Sequence record: MT118302.1
Direction: 5' to 3' (one strand)
DNA length: 32,000 nucleotides
Source of the DNA: Pseudomonas phage Epa38
Shown here: piece after piece, positions 18,107 through 26,687 of the stretch
Layout of the letters: each line of letters starts with the position of its first letter
How positions within the stretch are numbered: the first letter of the stretch is position 1
Translations under genes and position numbers: made by a program
Notes under the pieces: model-generated
Database searches by the model: none
What the model was told of the DNA's origin: nothing
The model's input: only the letters and a program-made list of their open reading frames with translations

Positions 18107-18370
18107 TCACAAGTATGCGTGACTGATTTTCCCGCTCAGGTCCTTCAAGATGTCCCAATCAGAGAATTGGCGACTGAAGGAAGGCTCCATGCGGACTTCT
18201 TTGTTGACATGAATACGGGAATGGACCGTCAGCCACTTGCTGTCGCCGTCCTCCGTGATCACCACGTGAATCCACGGAGGTAGCTTGAAGGGCTCCATTC
18301 TGTATCCCCGCTCCGCCGGGTACTCCACCCGGCGGATCAGGTAGTCATAGGTGCGCTCCGAGGCTCCCAT
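18107..18370 (-). CDS. Hypothetical protein at the head of the modification cluster
   Basis: MGASERTYDYLIRRVEYPAERGYRMEPFKLPPWIHVVITEDGDSKWLTVHSRIHVN; small gap to 17222..18097; a TTG start at 18388 is also possible. Confidence 0.55.
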   Translation of the reverse strand: MGASERTYDYLIRRVEYPAERGYRMEPFKLPPWIHVVITEDGDSKWLTVHSRIHVNKEVRMEPSFSRQFSDWDILKDLSGKISHAYL

Positions 18371-18380
18371 GACCCTTGCC

Positions 18381-19064
18381 TCAGTCAACCAGGCGGGTCT
18401 GGCGGGCGTCAGCCTTCGGGGCGGACTTCAGCGGCTTGTGGGCCGGGATCGCGTGGCCTTCCGGGACCACGATGTGGAACCGCTCAGTGCCGTCCGCGTC
18501 GAAGGCGGAGCGGACCCCGTAGCCCTTCAGCTTCATGTCCCAGCCGAAGCCGGAGCGCACGGTGGCTTCGGTCCAGGGCTTGTTGCCGCCACTCAGGGCT
18601 TCGATCAGTTCAGCCATGGTCGCACCGTTCGGGCGGGACAGCATGTCCAGGAGCATGGCCTGCTTCGAGCCCTCGCGGCAGGGGATCGGGGCGTGGCCCG
18701 GGGCGGCCAGGTTGGTGCCGCGCGGGGCGCGGGCCTTCTTCTCCTCCGCGGACTTCGGAGCCTTCTGGGCCTTCGGAGCAGCGACGGGGGCGGGGGTTGC
18801 GGTTTCGTTCACGGTTTCGACCTTCTGGGGTTCGGCCTGCTCGTCAGCCTCAACTTCCGGGTGCGCTTCGGCATAACGCTGAAGCATCTTCCAGGTGCGG
18901 GCAATGGCGGTGGTCTTGTCGGCAAAGCGGCGGACGTTCGGGACGGACTCGCCGTTGCGGAAGGTGCCGATGACTTCGTTGTACAGCTCGACCAGGGCCG
19001 GGCCGGACAGCTCGCTCAGGGAGGCTTCGGTGTAGGCGACGTTGTTGAAGTTGATGGCGTTCAT
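18381..19064 (-). CDS. DUF3489-like protein with Ala/Pro/Lys-rich linker
   Basis: EGSKQAMLLDMLSRPNGATMAELIEALSGGNKPWTEATVRSGFGWDMKLKGYGVRS; AAAAGGAG ribosome-binding site. Confidence 0.7.
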   Translation of the reverse strand: MNAINFNNVAYTEASLSELSGPALVELYNEVIGTFRNGESVPNVRRFADKTTAIARTWKMLQRYAEAHPEVEADEQAEPQKVETVNETATPAPVAAPKAQKAPKSAEEKKARAPRGTNLAAPGHAPIPCREGSKQAMLLDMLSRPNGATMAELIEALSGGNKPWTEATVRSGFGWDMKLKGYGVRSAFDADGTERFHIVVPEGHAIPAHKPLKSAPKADARQTRLVD

Positions 19065-19115
19065 GGTAGGCTCCTTTTCTGGGGTTGAGGTGCGATCTTG
19101 TTCGACCGTGAGAGA

Positions 19116-19144
19116 ATCTTAACCCCAGCCCCCGAAGAAGTAAA
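19116..19144 (-). promoter_or_regulatory. Promoter-like element D (-35 TTTACT, 17 bp, -10 TAAGAT)
   Basis: Minus strand TTTACTtcttcgggggctggggtTAAGATtctctcac upstream of 18381..19064. Confidence 0.7.
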
Positions 19145-19163
19145 GTGGTTTGACTAAACTTTT

Positions 19164-19670
19164 TCAGGTCCCCGTCCGAAGGCCAACAACCGTTGGACGG
19201 CGGAGGGCGAACCGTTGTACAACTTCTTCCCAGAAGGCCCGGGCGGCGTCCTCGTGCCCAGGCTTCCTGTACCAATGGTTGCGCCCCGAGGTGTGCGGAA
19301 CCACAGCGACCTCGAAGCCCCAGCGATCATCCGCAAACCACTGGTGGAAGTCCAGGTGCTGGGCCGGATAGCCGAAAGCCTCTGCGACGTTCCGCCCAAC
19401 GAGGATGACGTGCCGACCGCCCAACAAGGGCTTCATCGCGGCTGCGGCAATCCCCGCGTCCCGGGCGGGCCACTTGTCGTCCCGCTTCCAGCGCCCCGGG
19501 AAGGTGTGGAGCAGGTTGGTGCGGTCGAAGGTCTTGAGGTAGTCCTTGGGCGATAGGCCCGCCAGCTCCGCCAGACGCCCTCCCGCGGAGGACCGCGGGA
19601 GGGGAGCCAGGGGCCGGTCGGGGTCCGTGTTAGGTCCGGGTGCTTGGCCGATGAGTAGGGGCTTGTTCAT
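19164..19670 (-). CDS. Uracil-DNA glycosylase superfamily-like protein
   Basis: LLIGQAPGPNTDPDRPLAPLPRSSAGGRLAELAG and C-terminal VVPHTSGRNHWYR (HPSG-like motif). Confidence 0.7.
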   Translation of the reverse strand: MNKPLLIGQAPGPNTDPDRPLAPLPRSSAGGRLAELAGLSPKDYLKTFDRTNLLHTFPGRWKRDDKWPARDAGIAAAAMKPLLGGRHVILVGRNVAEAFGYPAQHLDFHQWFADDRWGFEVAVVPHTSGRNHWYRKPGHEDAARAFWEEVVQRFALRRPTVVGLRTGT

Positions 19671-19818
19671 TCTGGGGTTCCTCCATTTCTTCTTGCGTGA
19701 CGTTCAGGTTGATGGTCCGCTCCGGGACCGGGATGGCCCATTCAGCAAGGCGCATCCCGGTCATGAGCAAGAACCCGGCGGCGATCAGCAGGACCGCCTT
19801 CAGGCTCAGTTCTTTCAC
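19630..19818 (-). CDS. Small hypothetical membrane-anchored protein
   Basis: GTG start (VKELSLKAVLLIAAGFLLMTGMRLAEWAIPVP) after GGAGGGAG; one hydrophobic segment. Confidence 0.5.
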   Translation of the reverse strand: MKELSLKAVLLIAAGFLLMTGMRLAEWAIPVPERTINLNVTQEEMEEPQNEQAPTHRPSTRT

Positions 19819-21677
19819 TCGCACTCCCTCCGTCCGGTGGCCGGGTCGATGCGGCACTGGCTTGCCGGCTCCTCCGCCGGGGCGTCCGCTTCGGGCTCGC
19901 CGCCGTCATCCTTCACCACGAGGATGCCCGACCGCTTCCCGCCCAAGCGGAAGGTGGTGCAGCCCTTCGCCCCTCCTTCCCAGGCGCTCACGTACACGTT
20001 CTTGAAGTCCTCCCAGCTGATGTCGGAAGGCACGTTGCAGGTCTTGCTCACCGCGGAATCGACCCGCTGGGCGGCGACGGTCAGGGCGGCGACGTGTTCC
20101 TGGACGGTGACGCGGGAGCAGGCCTTGCCGCGGACCCCGAACACGCGGGCACCGTAGTCCTCCACCGTCTCCACCCGCGGGCCGCTGAACTCGATCACGG
20201 TGCGGTCGAAGCTGTAGGCGAACACCGGCTCAATCCCGGAGCTGACGTTGTCGGCGCACAGGCTGATGGTCCCGGTCGGGGCGATGGAAGTGAGGTGGGA
20301 GTTGCGGATGCCGTATTTGGCGATGGCGTCCCGCGCGTCCTCGCGGAGGGTCTTGATGAACTGGCCCTGAAGGTACTTGTCCTTGTCGAACTTCGGGAAG
20401 GAGCCCTTGACCTTGGCGATGTGGGCGCTGGCCAGGTAGGACTCGTCACGCAGCGTGTCCAGCACCTCCGCCTCGAAGGCGAGGAAGGCGGGCGAACCGT
20501 ACTCATGGCCCAGGGCTTCGGCAGCGTTGGCCAGGCCGGTGATCCCGAGGCCCATGCGGCGCTTGTCCTTGGCTTCCTGCTTCTGCTGCGGCAGCGGGTA
20601 GATCGCGCGATCAACCACGTTGTCCATCGCACGGACCACCTGCGGGATGTCCTCGCGGTACTGGTCCCAGTCGAAGGCGTAGCGGCCCGCCCCGTCCTTG
20701 AAGATGTACTTGACCAGGTTGAAGGAGCCCAGGAGGCAGGCACCGTAGGGCGGGAGCGGTTGCTCACCGCAGGGGTTCGTGGCGGCGATGGTCTCGCAGT
20801 ACCAGAGGTTGTTCATGCGGTTGATCGCGTCGATGAACAGCACGCCCGGCTCCGCCCAATCCCAGGTCCCGCGCATGATCGCGTCCCACAGCGCCCGGGC
20901 GTCCACTTCGCGGTAGGTCCGGCCCTCGAAGGTGAGGGGGAACGGCTCGCCGGAGGCGACGCACTCCATGAACTTGTCGGTGATGGCGACGGAGACGTTG
21001 AAGCCGGTCAGCTTCAGGGTCTGCTGAAGGGACATGATCAGCTGCTGCTTCTGGGCTCCTTCCGGGAGTTCGGCCACGAGGTCCCAGAGCGGCTGAACGT
21101 CCTTCCCGGGTTGCTTGGCGTGAATGAACTCCTCAATGTCGGGATGGTCCACGCGCATCACCCCCATCTGGGCTCCGCGGCGATGGCCGGAGGAGGCGAC
21201 GCACTTGCAGATCGCGTCGAAGATGTGCATGAAGCTGATGGGGCCGGAGGAGTGGGACTGGAGCTTGCGGATCAGGTCGCCGCGAGGACGGAGGGTGCTG
21301 AAGTCATAGCCGATCCCGCCGCCCATCCGCATCGTGGCTGCGGCTTCCGCGGCCCGGACCATGATGGAGCCTTCGCCGTCCACGAAGCTGTCGTTGATCG
21401 TCCCGGAGACATAGCAGTTGTATGGTGTGACTTGGCGGGTGGAGCCCATCGCGGACTGGATGCGGCCCGCCGGGAGGAAGCGCATGCCCAGGAGGGCGTC
21501 CCGGAAGTCCGCGAAGTGCTGGTCATCGTCCTTCAGGGCCGCGGCGATCCGGTTCATGGCCTCGCGGAAGGACTCGCCGCTGCCGCGGTACTTCTGGGAG
21601 TGTAGTTCTTGTGAATAGGGTACTTGAGGACCGTGCATTTTGCGAGTCTCCTTGAAGGGTTGAGGGCTTTCTATCAT
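19815..21677 (-). CDS. Ribonucleotide reductase, adenosylcobalamin-dependent (class II)-like
   Basis: FLPAGRIQSAMGS...NCYVSG...MRMGGGIGYDFSTLRPRGD...HRRGAQMGVMRVDHPDIEEFI...ATNPCGEQPLPPYGACLLGSFNL. Confidence 0.9.
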   Translation of the reverse strand: MIESPQPFKETRKMHGPQVPYSQELHSQKYRGSGESFREAMNRIAAALKDDDQHFADFRDALLGMRFLPAGRIQSAMGSTRQVTPYNCYVSGTINDSFVDGEGSIMVRAAEAAATMRMGGGIGYDFSTLRPRGDLIRKLQSHSSGPISFMHIFDAICKCVASSGHRRGAQMGVMRVDHPDIEEFIHAKQPGKDVQPLWDLVAELPEGAQKQQLIMSLQQTLKLTGFNVSVAITDKFMECVASGEPFPLTFEGRTYREVDARALWDAIMRGTWDWAEPGVLFIDAINRMNNLWYCETIAATNPCGEQPLPPYGACLLGSFNLVKYIFKDGAGRYAFDWDQYREDIPQVVRAMDNVVDRAIYPLPQQKQEAKDKRRMGLGITGLANAAEALGHEYGSPAFLAFEAEVLDTLRDESYLASAHIAKVKGSFPKFDKDKYLQGQFIKTLREDARDAIAKYGIRNSHLTSIAPTGTISLCADNVSSGIEPVFAYSFDRTVIEFSGPRVETVEDYGARVFGVRGKACSRVTVQEHVAALTVAAQRVDSAVSKTCNVPSDISWEDFKNVYVSAWEGGAKGCTTFRLGGKRSGILVVKDDGGEPEADAPAEEPASQCRIDPATGRRECE

Positions 21678-21698
21678 ATCGTTGCTCCTGTTCTTGGG

Positions 21699-22892
21699 CT
21701 ACATCATAACGAGGTCGATGCGTTCCGCGGCCCGGGTAATGGCGGTGTACAACCATTCCTTCCGGTCCTTCCCGTACCACTCATCAAACAGCAGGACGTT
21801 GTTCCACTGGGAGCCCTGCGACTTGTGGACGGTGAGCGCATAGCCATAGTCGAACTCCTCCGCGTCCTTCCGCTCCCAATACTCCGGCTTGTTGCCGTGG
21901 AAGTAGTGGGGGTGGGCGCTGACTTCGACCTTCGCGCCGTCCTCGCCTTCGATGTCCATGATGACATAGTCGCCGTCGAAGATCGTGTCACGGCGGACCT
22001 TCCAGAGCTGACCGTTGAGCAGGCCCACCTCGTGGTTGTTGCGGAGGCACACCAGCTTGTCGCCTTCCTGGGGCAGGGCGTTCGTCCGCCCGAGGAGTTC
22101 CCGGGCACGTCCGTTGCTCGTGATTCTCGTGGCGTTCCTGCCAACGAGGAGCTGGTCAGTGGACAGTACCATGTCCCGGAGTTCTTCGCGTGGCAGGCGG
22201 CCATAGGGAATCACGCGGCTGGCACCGTAGTCGCCGGGGCGGAGCACGCGGCCCTCGCGGACCTCCTTGGACATCCAGATGATCGGGTTGTCCTGGGCCT
22301 GGCGGTGAATCTCCGTGAGCAGGATGTCGGGCTTGTTCTTGAAGAAGGGGGTGCCGCCCACGGGCGGGAGCTGCCCGGGATCGCCCAGGGCGAGGATCGG
22401 GCAACCGAAGCTGAGCAAGTCCTCCCCCATCTGCTCGTCAATCATGGAATACTCATCCACCACGAGCAGCGCGGCCTCGAACAGGGGCGACTCCGTGTTG
22501 AGCTGGAACATCGGGCGGGCGAGGTTGATCTGCTCCGCCTTGATCGCCGCATCGACCTTCTCCACGAGGGTTTCCGGGACGGGCTTGTGGGTTAGCAGCT
22601 TCGCCCGCTCCGCTTGGAGTTCCTTCAGGCGCTGCTGCGACTTGTCCTTGGGCGTGTAGATGAGCTTGTGAATGGTACTCACGTTGGTCGCCCCGGACTT
22701 CGTGAGGACGTGAGCGGCCTTGCCGGTGTAGGCGGCGAAGTACACGGGACCATTGACGGTCGCGGCGAGGTGTTTGGCCAGGGTGGTCTTGCCGGTTCCG
22801 GCGTACCCGGCGAGCTGGAACACGGGCTTGTCCCGGGTCTTGAGCCACCGCCCAACTCGGTCCAGCGCGGTCTGCTGTTGCGGACTCCACAT
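21699..22892 (-). CDS. SF1 DNA helicase, Dda/RecD-like
   Basis: PVFQLAGYAGTGKTTLAKHLA (motif I), LLVVDEYSMI (motif II), ALGDPGQLPPV (motif III), YGYALTVHKSQGSQWNNVLLFDE, LYTAITRAAERIDLV. Confidence 0.92.
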   Translation of the reverse strand: MWSPQQQTALDRVGRWLKTRDKPVFQLAGYAGTGKTTLAKHLAATVNGPVYFAAYTGKAAHVLTKSGATNVSTIHKLIYTPKDKSQQRLKELQAERAKLLTHKPVPETLVEKVDAAIKAEQINLARPMFQLNTESPLFEAALLVVDEYSMIDEQMGEDLLSFGCPILALGDPGQLPPVGGTPFFKNKPDILLTEIHRQAQDNPIIWMSKEVREGRVLRPGDYGASRVIPYGRLPREELRDMVLSTDQLLVGRNATRITSNGRARELLGRTNALPQEGDKLVCLRNNHEVGLLNGQLWKVRRDTIFDGDYVIMDIEGEDGAKVEVSAHPHYFHGNKPEYWERKDAEEFDYGYALTVHKSQGSQWNNVLLFDEWYGKDRKEWLYTAITRAAERIDLVMM

Positions 22893-22922
22893 GATGATCG
22901 TTCTCCGTTTCTGATGAAAAGA

Positions 22923-22943
22923 AGGGGGCCACGAAGGCCCCCT
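22923..22943 (-). terminator. Rho-independent terminator candidate
   Basis: 8-bp stem AGGGGGCC/GGCCCCCT with 5-nt loop, followed on the minus strand by TTCTTTTCATC; in the gap between two genes. Confidence 0.75.
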
Positions 22944-22993
22944 GAAGGTACGGCCCGAGGGGGCGGGCCGTCCGGGTCGGTCCTCCCGGTAGA

Positions 22994-23833
22994 TCAGAAC
23001 ACCGGCTTGCCGCCGCCTGCGCCCTGGGCTTCTTCGTCCGCGGAGCCCGGAGCCTGCGACTCATAGGCAGCGCGGGCCTTGCCCTGCTCGATCATCGACT
23101 TGATGTTCACGGCGGACTGGAACAGCGGGTCATCGGGCAGGAGGCGAGCCTGCTGGGCGTTCTCGCCGTCGAAGGCGATGGCGTCCCAGTTGAAGAACTG
23201 GCCCTTGTTGTTCTTCTCGCTCACGGTCTTGAGGCGGTAGCGGTGGGCGAACAGCGGAGCCGGAATGCGGCGACCGTCCGGCAGCGGAATCTGGATGGTC
23301 TTGGCCTTGGTCATCCAGCCCTTGTACTTCTTGATCTTCGTGGAGCTGAAGGCCAGGACCGCTTCCGAGGCGTTGCCGTCATCATCCAGCGCGATGCCGT
23401 ACACATAGAAGGTTTCGATCAGCTCGTTGCCGTCCGGGGTGCTGTACTTGCCATACTCCGAGGACGCGGCCTTGGCGTGGTTCACCAGATCGCTGTTGAC
23501 TTCGTGGATGCCCACGAAACCGCCGCCCGCATCGCGGGGCTTCCACTCCACGTACACGTGCTGGGTGGTCGCCGGGACGAAGGCAATGCCCTTCTTGCCG
23601 TCCCAGACTTCGCCGGTCACGGTGTTCAGGATCATGCCCTGGCGCAGGCTGTCGTTCTCCTGGAGCTGCGGGCTGAGGGCCTGAAGAATCTGGAGGAACG
23701 GGATGCTGTAGTCATCGCTGGTCTGGTTCTCGAAACCCGCGCCCGCGTAGTCGGCATATGCGCCATACTCCGCCATTGCGGTGTTCTGTTCCTTCACTGC
23801 GACATCGGTGGTCTTGCTATCGGTCTTGGCCAT
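22994..23833 (-). CDS. Conserved-looking phage protein, possibly DNA-replication/ssDNA-associated
   Basis: MAKTDSKTTDVAVKEQN...SIPFLQILQALSPQLQENDSLRQGMILNTVTGEVWDG...; acidic N-terminus; sits between helicase genes. Confidence 0.7.
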   Translation of the reverse strand: MAKTDSKTTDVAVKEQNTAMAEYGAYADYAGAGFENQTSDDYSIPFLQILQALSPQLQENDSLRQGMILNTVTGEVWDGKKGIAFVPATTQHVYVEWKPRDAGGGFVGIHEVNSDLVNHAKAASSEYGKYSTPDGNELIETFYVYGIALDDDGNASEAVLAFSSTKIKKYKGWMTKAKTIQIPLPDGRRIPAPLFAHRYRLKTVSEKNNKGQFFNWDAIAFDGENAQQARLLPDDPLFQSAVNIKSMIEQGKARAAYESQAPGSADEEAQGAGGGKPVF

Positions 23834-23975
23834 GGTGTGGCTCCTTCGGTTCAATGTGAGCGGGTCGATTGGGCCCCCGGTCGAATAGCCCTGCCGTCTC
23901 ACCGGCTGTACCCGCTGTCACCCGCGGGGCGGTTCGGTCGGGAGGAAGGCCCGGGGCCGTCCTCCGGCATTCTGG

Positions 23976-24521
23976 TCACACTTCGATCTTGGACACGCGC
24001 TGACGATGGACCCCGAACAGGTCCAGGGGGACTTCCTCGCCTTCACGCAGCTTCTCGCGGACGAAAGCGGCAAGGGTCGAAGGATGGACGCTGGCGTTGT
24101 CGTCCACCTCGAACTCGTCCGCGAGACGCTGGCGCAGTTCGTCAGCCTTCTCGTCCTCGCCCTTGCCGAAGGCGACGGCGACCACGCGCTTGATCATCGC
24201 GGCGTGGCCGTGCTGCTTGAGCCAGGCGAAGGCGAGCGGGGCCTTGGCCTTCGGGATGCTGGCGCGGATCGTCTCGTCAATCTTGATCTTCAGGCCGGTG
24301 GTGGTCTTGAACTCGCCAATGCCGATCTGGTCCATGAGTTCGGGCACCTGGCGCTCCGCGATGTCGCGGAGTTCTTCGCGGGCCTTGTTGAGCTGGGCTT
24401 CGAGGTCTGCGACCTTCGACTGGGCAGCGGCCTGTTGTTCGGCCAGCTGAGTGAGTTGGCTCAGTTCGCCACCGGCGGTCTGAGGTTGGACATAGTCCAG
24501 GTATGCGTTTTCACTTGACAT
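23976..24521 (-). CDS. Hypothetical phage protein with N-terminal coiled coil
   Basis: MSSENAYLDYVQPQT...VADLEAQLNKAREELRDIAERQVPELMDQIGIGEFKTTTGLKIKI; GGAGAACC leader. Confidence 0.75.
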   Translation of the reverse strand: MSSENAYLDYVQPQTAGGELSQLTQLAEQQAAAQSKVADLEAQLNKAREELRDIAERQVPELMDQIGIGEFKTTTGLKIKIDETIRASIPKAKAPLAFAWLKQHGHAAMIKRVVAVAFGKGEDEKADELRQRLADEFEVDDNASVHPSTLAAFVREKLREGEEVPLDLFGVHRQRVSKIEV

Positions 24522-24569
24522 GTGGTTCTCCGTTTCTTCGGTGAGGGGGTATCCCAATCACGCTGAAGA

Positions 24570-24598
24570 AGTATAGCCGGTCAATCGGAAGAAGTAAA
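24570..24598 (-). promoter_or_regulatory. Promoter-like element E (-35 TTTACT, 17 bp, -10 TATACT)
   Basis: Minus strand TTTACTtcttccgattgaccggcTATACTtcttcagc; the -35 half lies in the last codons of 24581..24934. Confidence 0.75.
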
Positions 24599-24934
24599 GA
24601 GGCCCGAGGCGTCCACCGCGATGTAGCGTTGGTCCTTGCCGCTCCACTGGAGCAGGGACACGTCCCCATCATTGGCGTCCGCGGCGATGGCGACGGCGAA
24701 CCCGATCAGGACCGGATTGCCCACGAGCAGGAGGTGGTCCCCCGGCCCGAAGTCGGCCAGCTTCTCCTTCAGCTCATCAATGATCGGCTCCGGGCGGAAG
24801 GGGGCCGCGGTCGGGCTGAGCAAGTACACCAGCTCACCGAACTCCTCCGCCGGGGTCAGATCAAATTTGGGCTCGAACCGCTGCTTGTCGCGGTCCCAGC
24901 GGTGTTGGTTCTGTACAACAAATACACGGCTCAT
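24581..24934 (-). CDS. Hypothetical protein
   Basis: 117 aa ORF MSRVFVVQNQHRWDRDKQRFEPKFDLTPAEEFGELVYLLSP... Confidence 0.65.
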   Translation of the reverse strand: MSRVFVVQNQHRWDRDKQRFEPKFDLTPAEEFGELVYLLSPTAAPFRPEPIIDELKEKLADFGPGDHLLLVGNPVLIGFAVAIAADANDGDVSLLQWSGKDQRYIAVDASGLFTSSD

Positions 24935-24941
24935 AGTAGTC

Positions 24942-26636
24942 TCACAACCAGTCTTTGAGGCGGTCGCCGGTGATCTGGCTCGCCACGTTGAATTTGTTCC
25001 TCAACGCTTCAACCACCTTCTCATCCACGGAGTCCTCAGCCACGAGGTCGATGTACAGCACGTTGTTGGTCTGTCCGATCCGGTGGGCGCGGTCCTCCGA
25101 CTGGAGGCGGTCAATCAGCTTGAAGCTGTTGGAATAATAAATGACAGTCTTGGCTGCGGTCAAGGTCAGACCCGTCGCCCCCGCCGCGGGGTTGCCCACG
25201 AACACGCGGGCCTGTTCCTCCGGCGGGACGGCCTCGCGCCCAACCACCTGTCCGTTGTGGTACAGGGGGCGCTCGCCCTGGAACCGGGCCTTGGCGTCCG
25301 CCCGCTCATCGTCGTTCACCAGCCCATCATAGCGGACCGCGCTGATGCCGCGCTCGCGGAGGGCGTCCATGATCAGGGTGATGTCCATCTGGAACCGGGC
25401 CCAGACGATCACCTTGTGCTGGGACTCCTCGATCAGATCGCAGAGCAGGTCCAGGCGACGGTTCGGCCCCGGGATAGTGTACACGGGTTCCGCTTCATCG
25501 TCGGTCGGAAGGTAGCCGCAGGTGATCTGCTGGAGGCGGAGGAGCCGGGTGATGGCGAGGGCGGCGATGACCGGGGTGGTGCCCTCCGCGCCCAGGTCGG
25601 GGGCGTCCCCGCAGTCGGGGCAGGGGTAGATGAAGCCGTCAAACTCCACCTCACGTTTGCCCAAGCAGGTCGGGCAGGCGTCCGGCGACGGCTCCGCGGC
25701 GACCGCAGCGGCGTCCCGTTCAATCCCGCCCGTCTCCAGCCACACGATGTACTCGTCACGCAACTGGCGATACAGCTTGCCCTGCTCCGGGGTCATCGGG
25801 AAGAACCGCTTGCTGTACAGCTTCGGCGGGAGGTCCAGCACGTCATCCTTCGTGACCCGGGAGGAGACGGGCTGGAGTAGGGCGTTCAGATCGTCCAGGC
25901 GGCGATAGCCCACCAGCACGTCATACTCGTTGCCGTCATTCTTCTTGGTCTTGGGGTTGAAGGCGGTCGGGTTCCAGCCCTTCTTCCAGATACCGAAGTG
26001 CTGCTTGAACTCCGTGAAGGTCCCCAAGCGGTTCTGCTTCCAGTAGTCGTCAATCAAGAACTTGATCTGGCTGTAGGCGTCGAAGGGTCCCTGAGCAATC
26101 GGGGTCCCGGTCAGGACCCGCCTGAATGGCGCGTACTTCGCGGAGCGGAGGATGGACTTGGTGCGCTCCGCGGTCGGGGTCTTGATGTAGTGCGCCTCAT
26201 CCAGGACGTACAGGAGGCGGCGCTTGTCGAAGAAGTCAATCAGCGCCCGCTTCCCGGAGGCGGTCATGAAGGCTTCATAGCTGATGGTGAGCCAGGCGAA
26301 GCCCTTGTGCTCAATGACGGCCTTGACCGCCTGCTTGTGCCACTTGGTGTCGGCCTTCGGGCTCTGGTAGTGGAAGGCCCGGACGTGCTTGATCACCTCA
26401 TCGGGTACGTGGTCCGGGATTTCCTTCTCAACCCAGTTGCGGTGCACGCCGTTCGGGGCGACCACCAGCACGCCGTCGATGAGCCCGCGGAGCCAGAGCC
26501 AGCAGGCGGTGTCGATGGTCAGCTTGGACTTGCCGGTGCCCTGTTCCCAGAAGATCGCGCGGGCTTCTTCTTCGCGGGAGCGCAACCACTCCTCACGCTG
26601 GTGGTTGAAGGGTTCGGTCTTGAAGGGGTATTCCAT
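24942..26636 (-). CDS. SF2 SNF2-type helicase/ATPase
   Basis: FWEQGTGKSKLTIDTACWLWL (motif I), YVLDEAHYIKT (motif II), RRVLTGTP (motif III), SEDRAHRIGQTNNVLYIDLVAEDSVDEKV (motif VI); internal Cys cluster CPTCLGKREVEFDGFIYPCPDC. Confidence 0.92.
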   Translation of the reverse strand: MEYPFKTEPFNHQREEWLRSREEEARAIFWEQGTGKSKLTIDTACWLWLRGLIDGVLVVAPNGVHRNWVEKEIPDHVPDEVIKHVRAFHYQSPKADTKWHKQAVKAVIEHKGFAWLTISYEAFMTASGKRALIDFFDKRRLLYVLDEAHYIKTPTAERTKSILRSAKYAPFRRVLTGTPIAQGPFDAYSQIKFLIDDYWKQNRLGTFTEFKQHFGIWKKGWNPTAFNPKTKKNDGNEYDVLVGYRRLDDLNALLQPVSSRVTKDDVLDLPPKLYSKRFFPMTPEQGKLYRQLRDEYIVWLETGGIERDAAAVAAEPSPDACPTCLGKREVEFDGFIYPCPDCGDAPDLGAEGTTPVIAALAITRLLRLQQITCGYLPTDDEAEPVYTIPGPNRRLDLLCDLIEESQHKVIVWARFQMDITLIMDALRERGISAVRYDGLVNDDERADAKARFQGERPLYHNGQVVGREAVPPEEQARVFVGNPAAGATGLTLTAAKTVIYYSNSFKLIDRLQSEDRAHRIGQTNNVLYIDLVAEDSVDEKVVEALRNKFNVASQITGDRLKDWL

Positions 26637-26675
26637 AGGGTGGCTCCATTTCTCATAGTGATGCCCGGAAGTATA

Positions 26676-26687
26676 GCCCAGCTGGGC
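26676..26687. repeat. Perfect 12-bp palindrome GCCCAGCTGGGC next to TATACT
   Basis: Directly adjoins TATACT (minus strand, 26670-26675) upstream of the SNF2-like gene start. Confidence 0.6.

Noticed and set aside
20094-21605. 503 aa plus-strand ORF opposite ribonucleotide reductase
   Set aside because: Antisense shadow of a strongly supported gene.
19815-21677. Possible intein or intron in the ribonucleotide reductase gene
   Set aside because: The reading frame is continuous with normal motif order and no splicing or homing motifs are visible.
24636-25880. 414 aa plus-strand ORF opposite the SNF2-type helicase
   Set aside because: Antisense shadow, no motif support.
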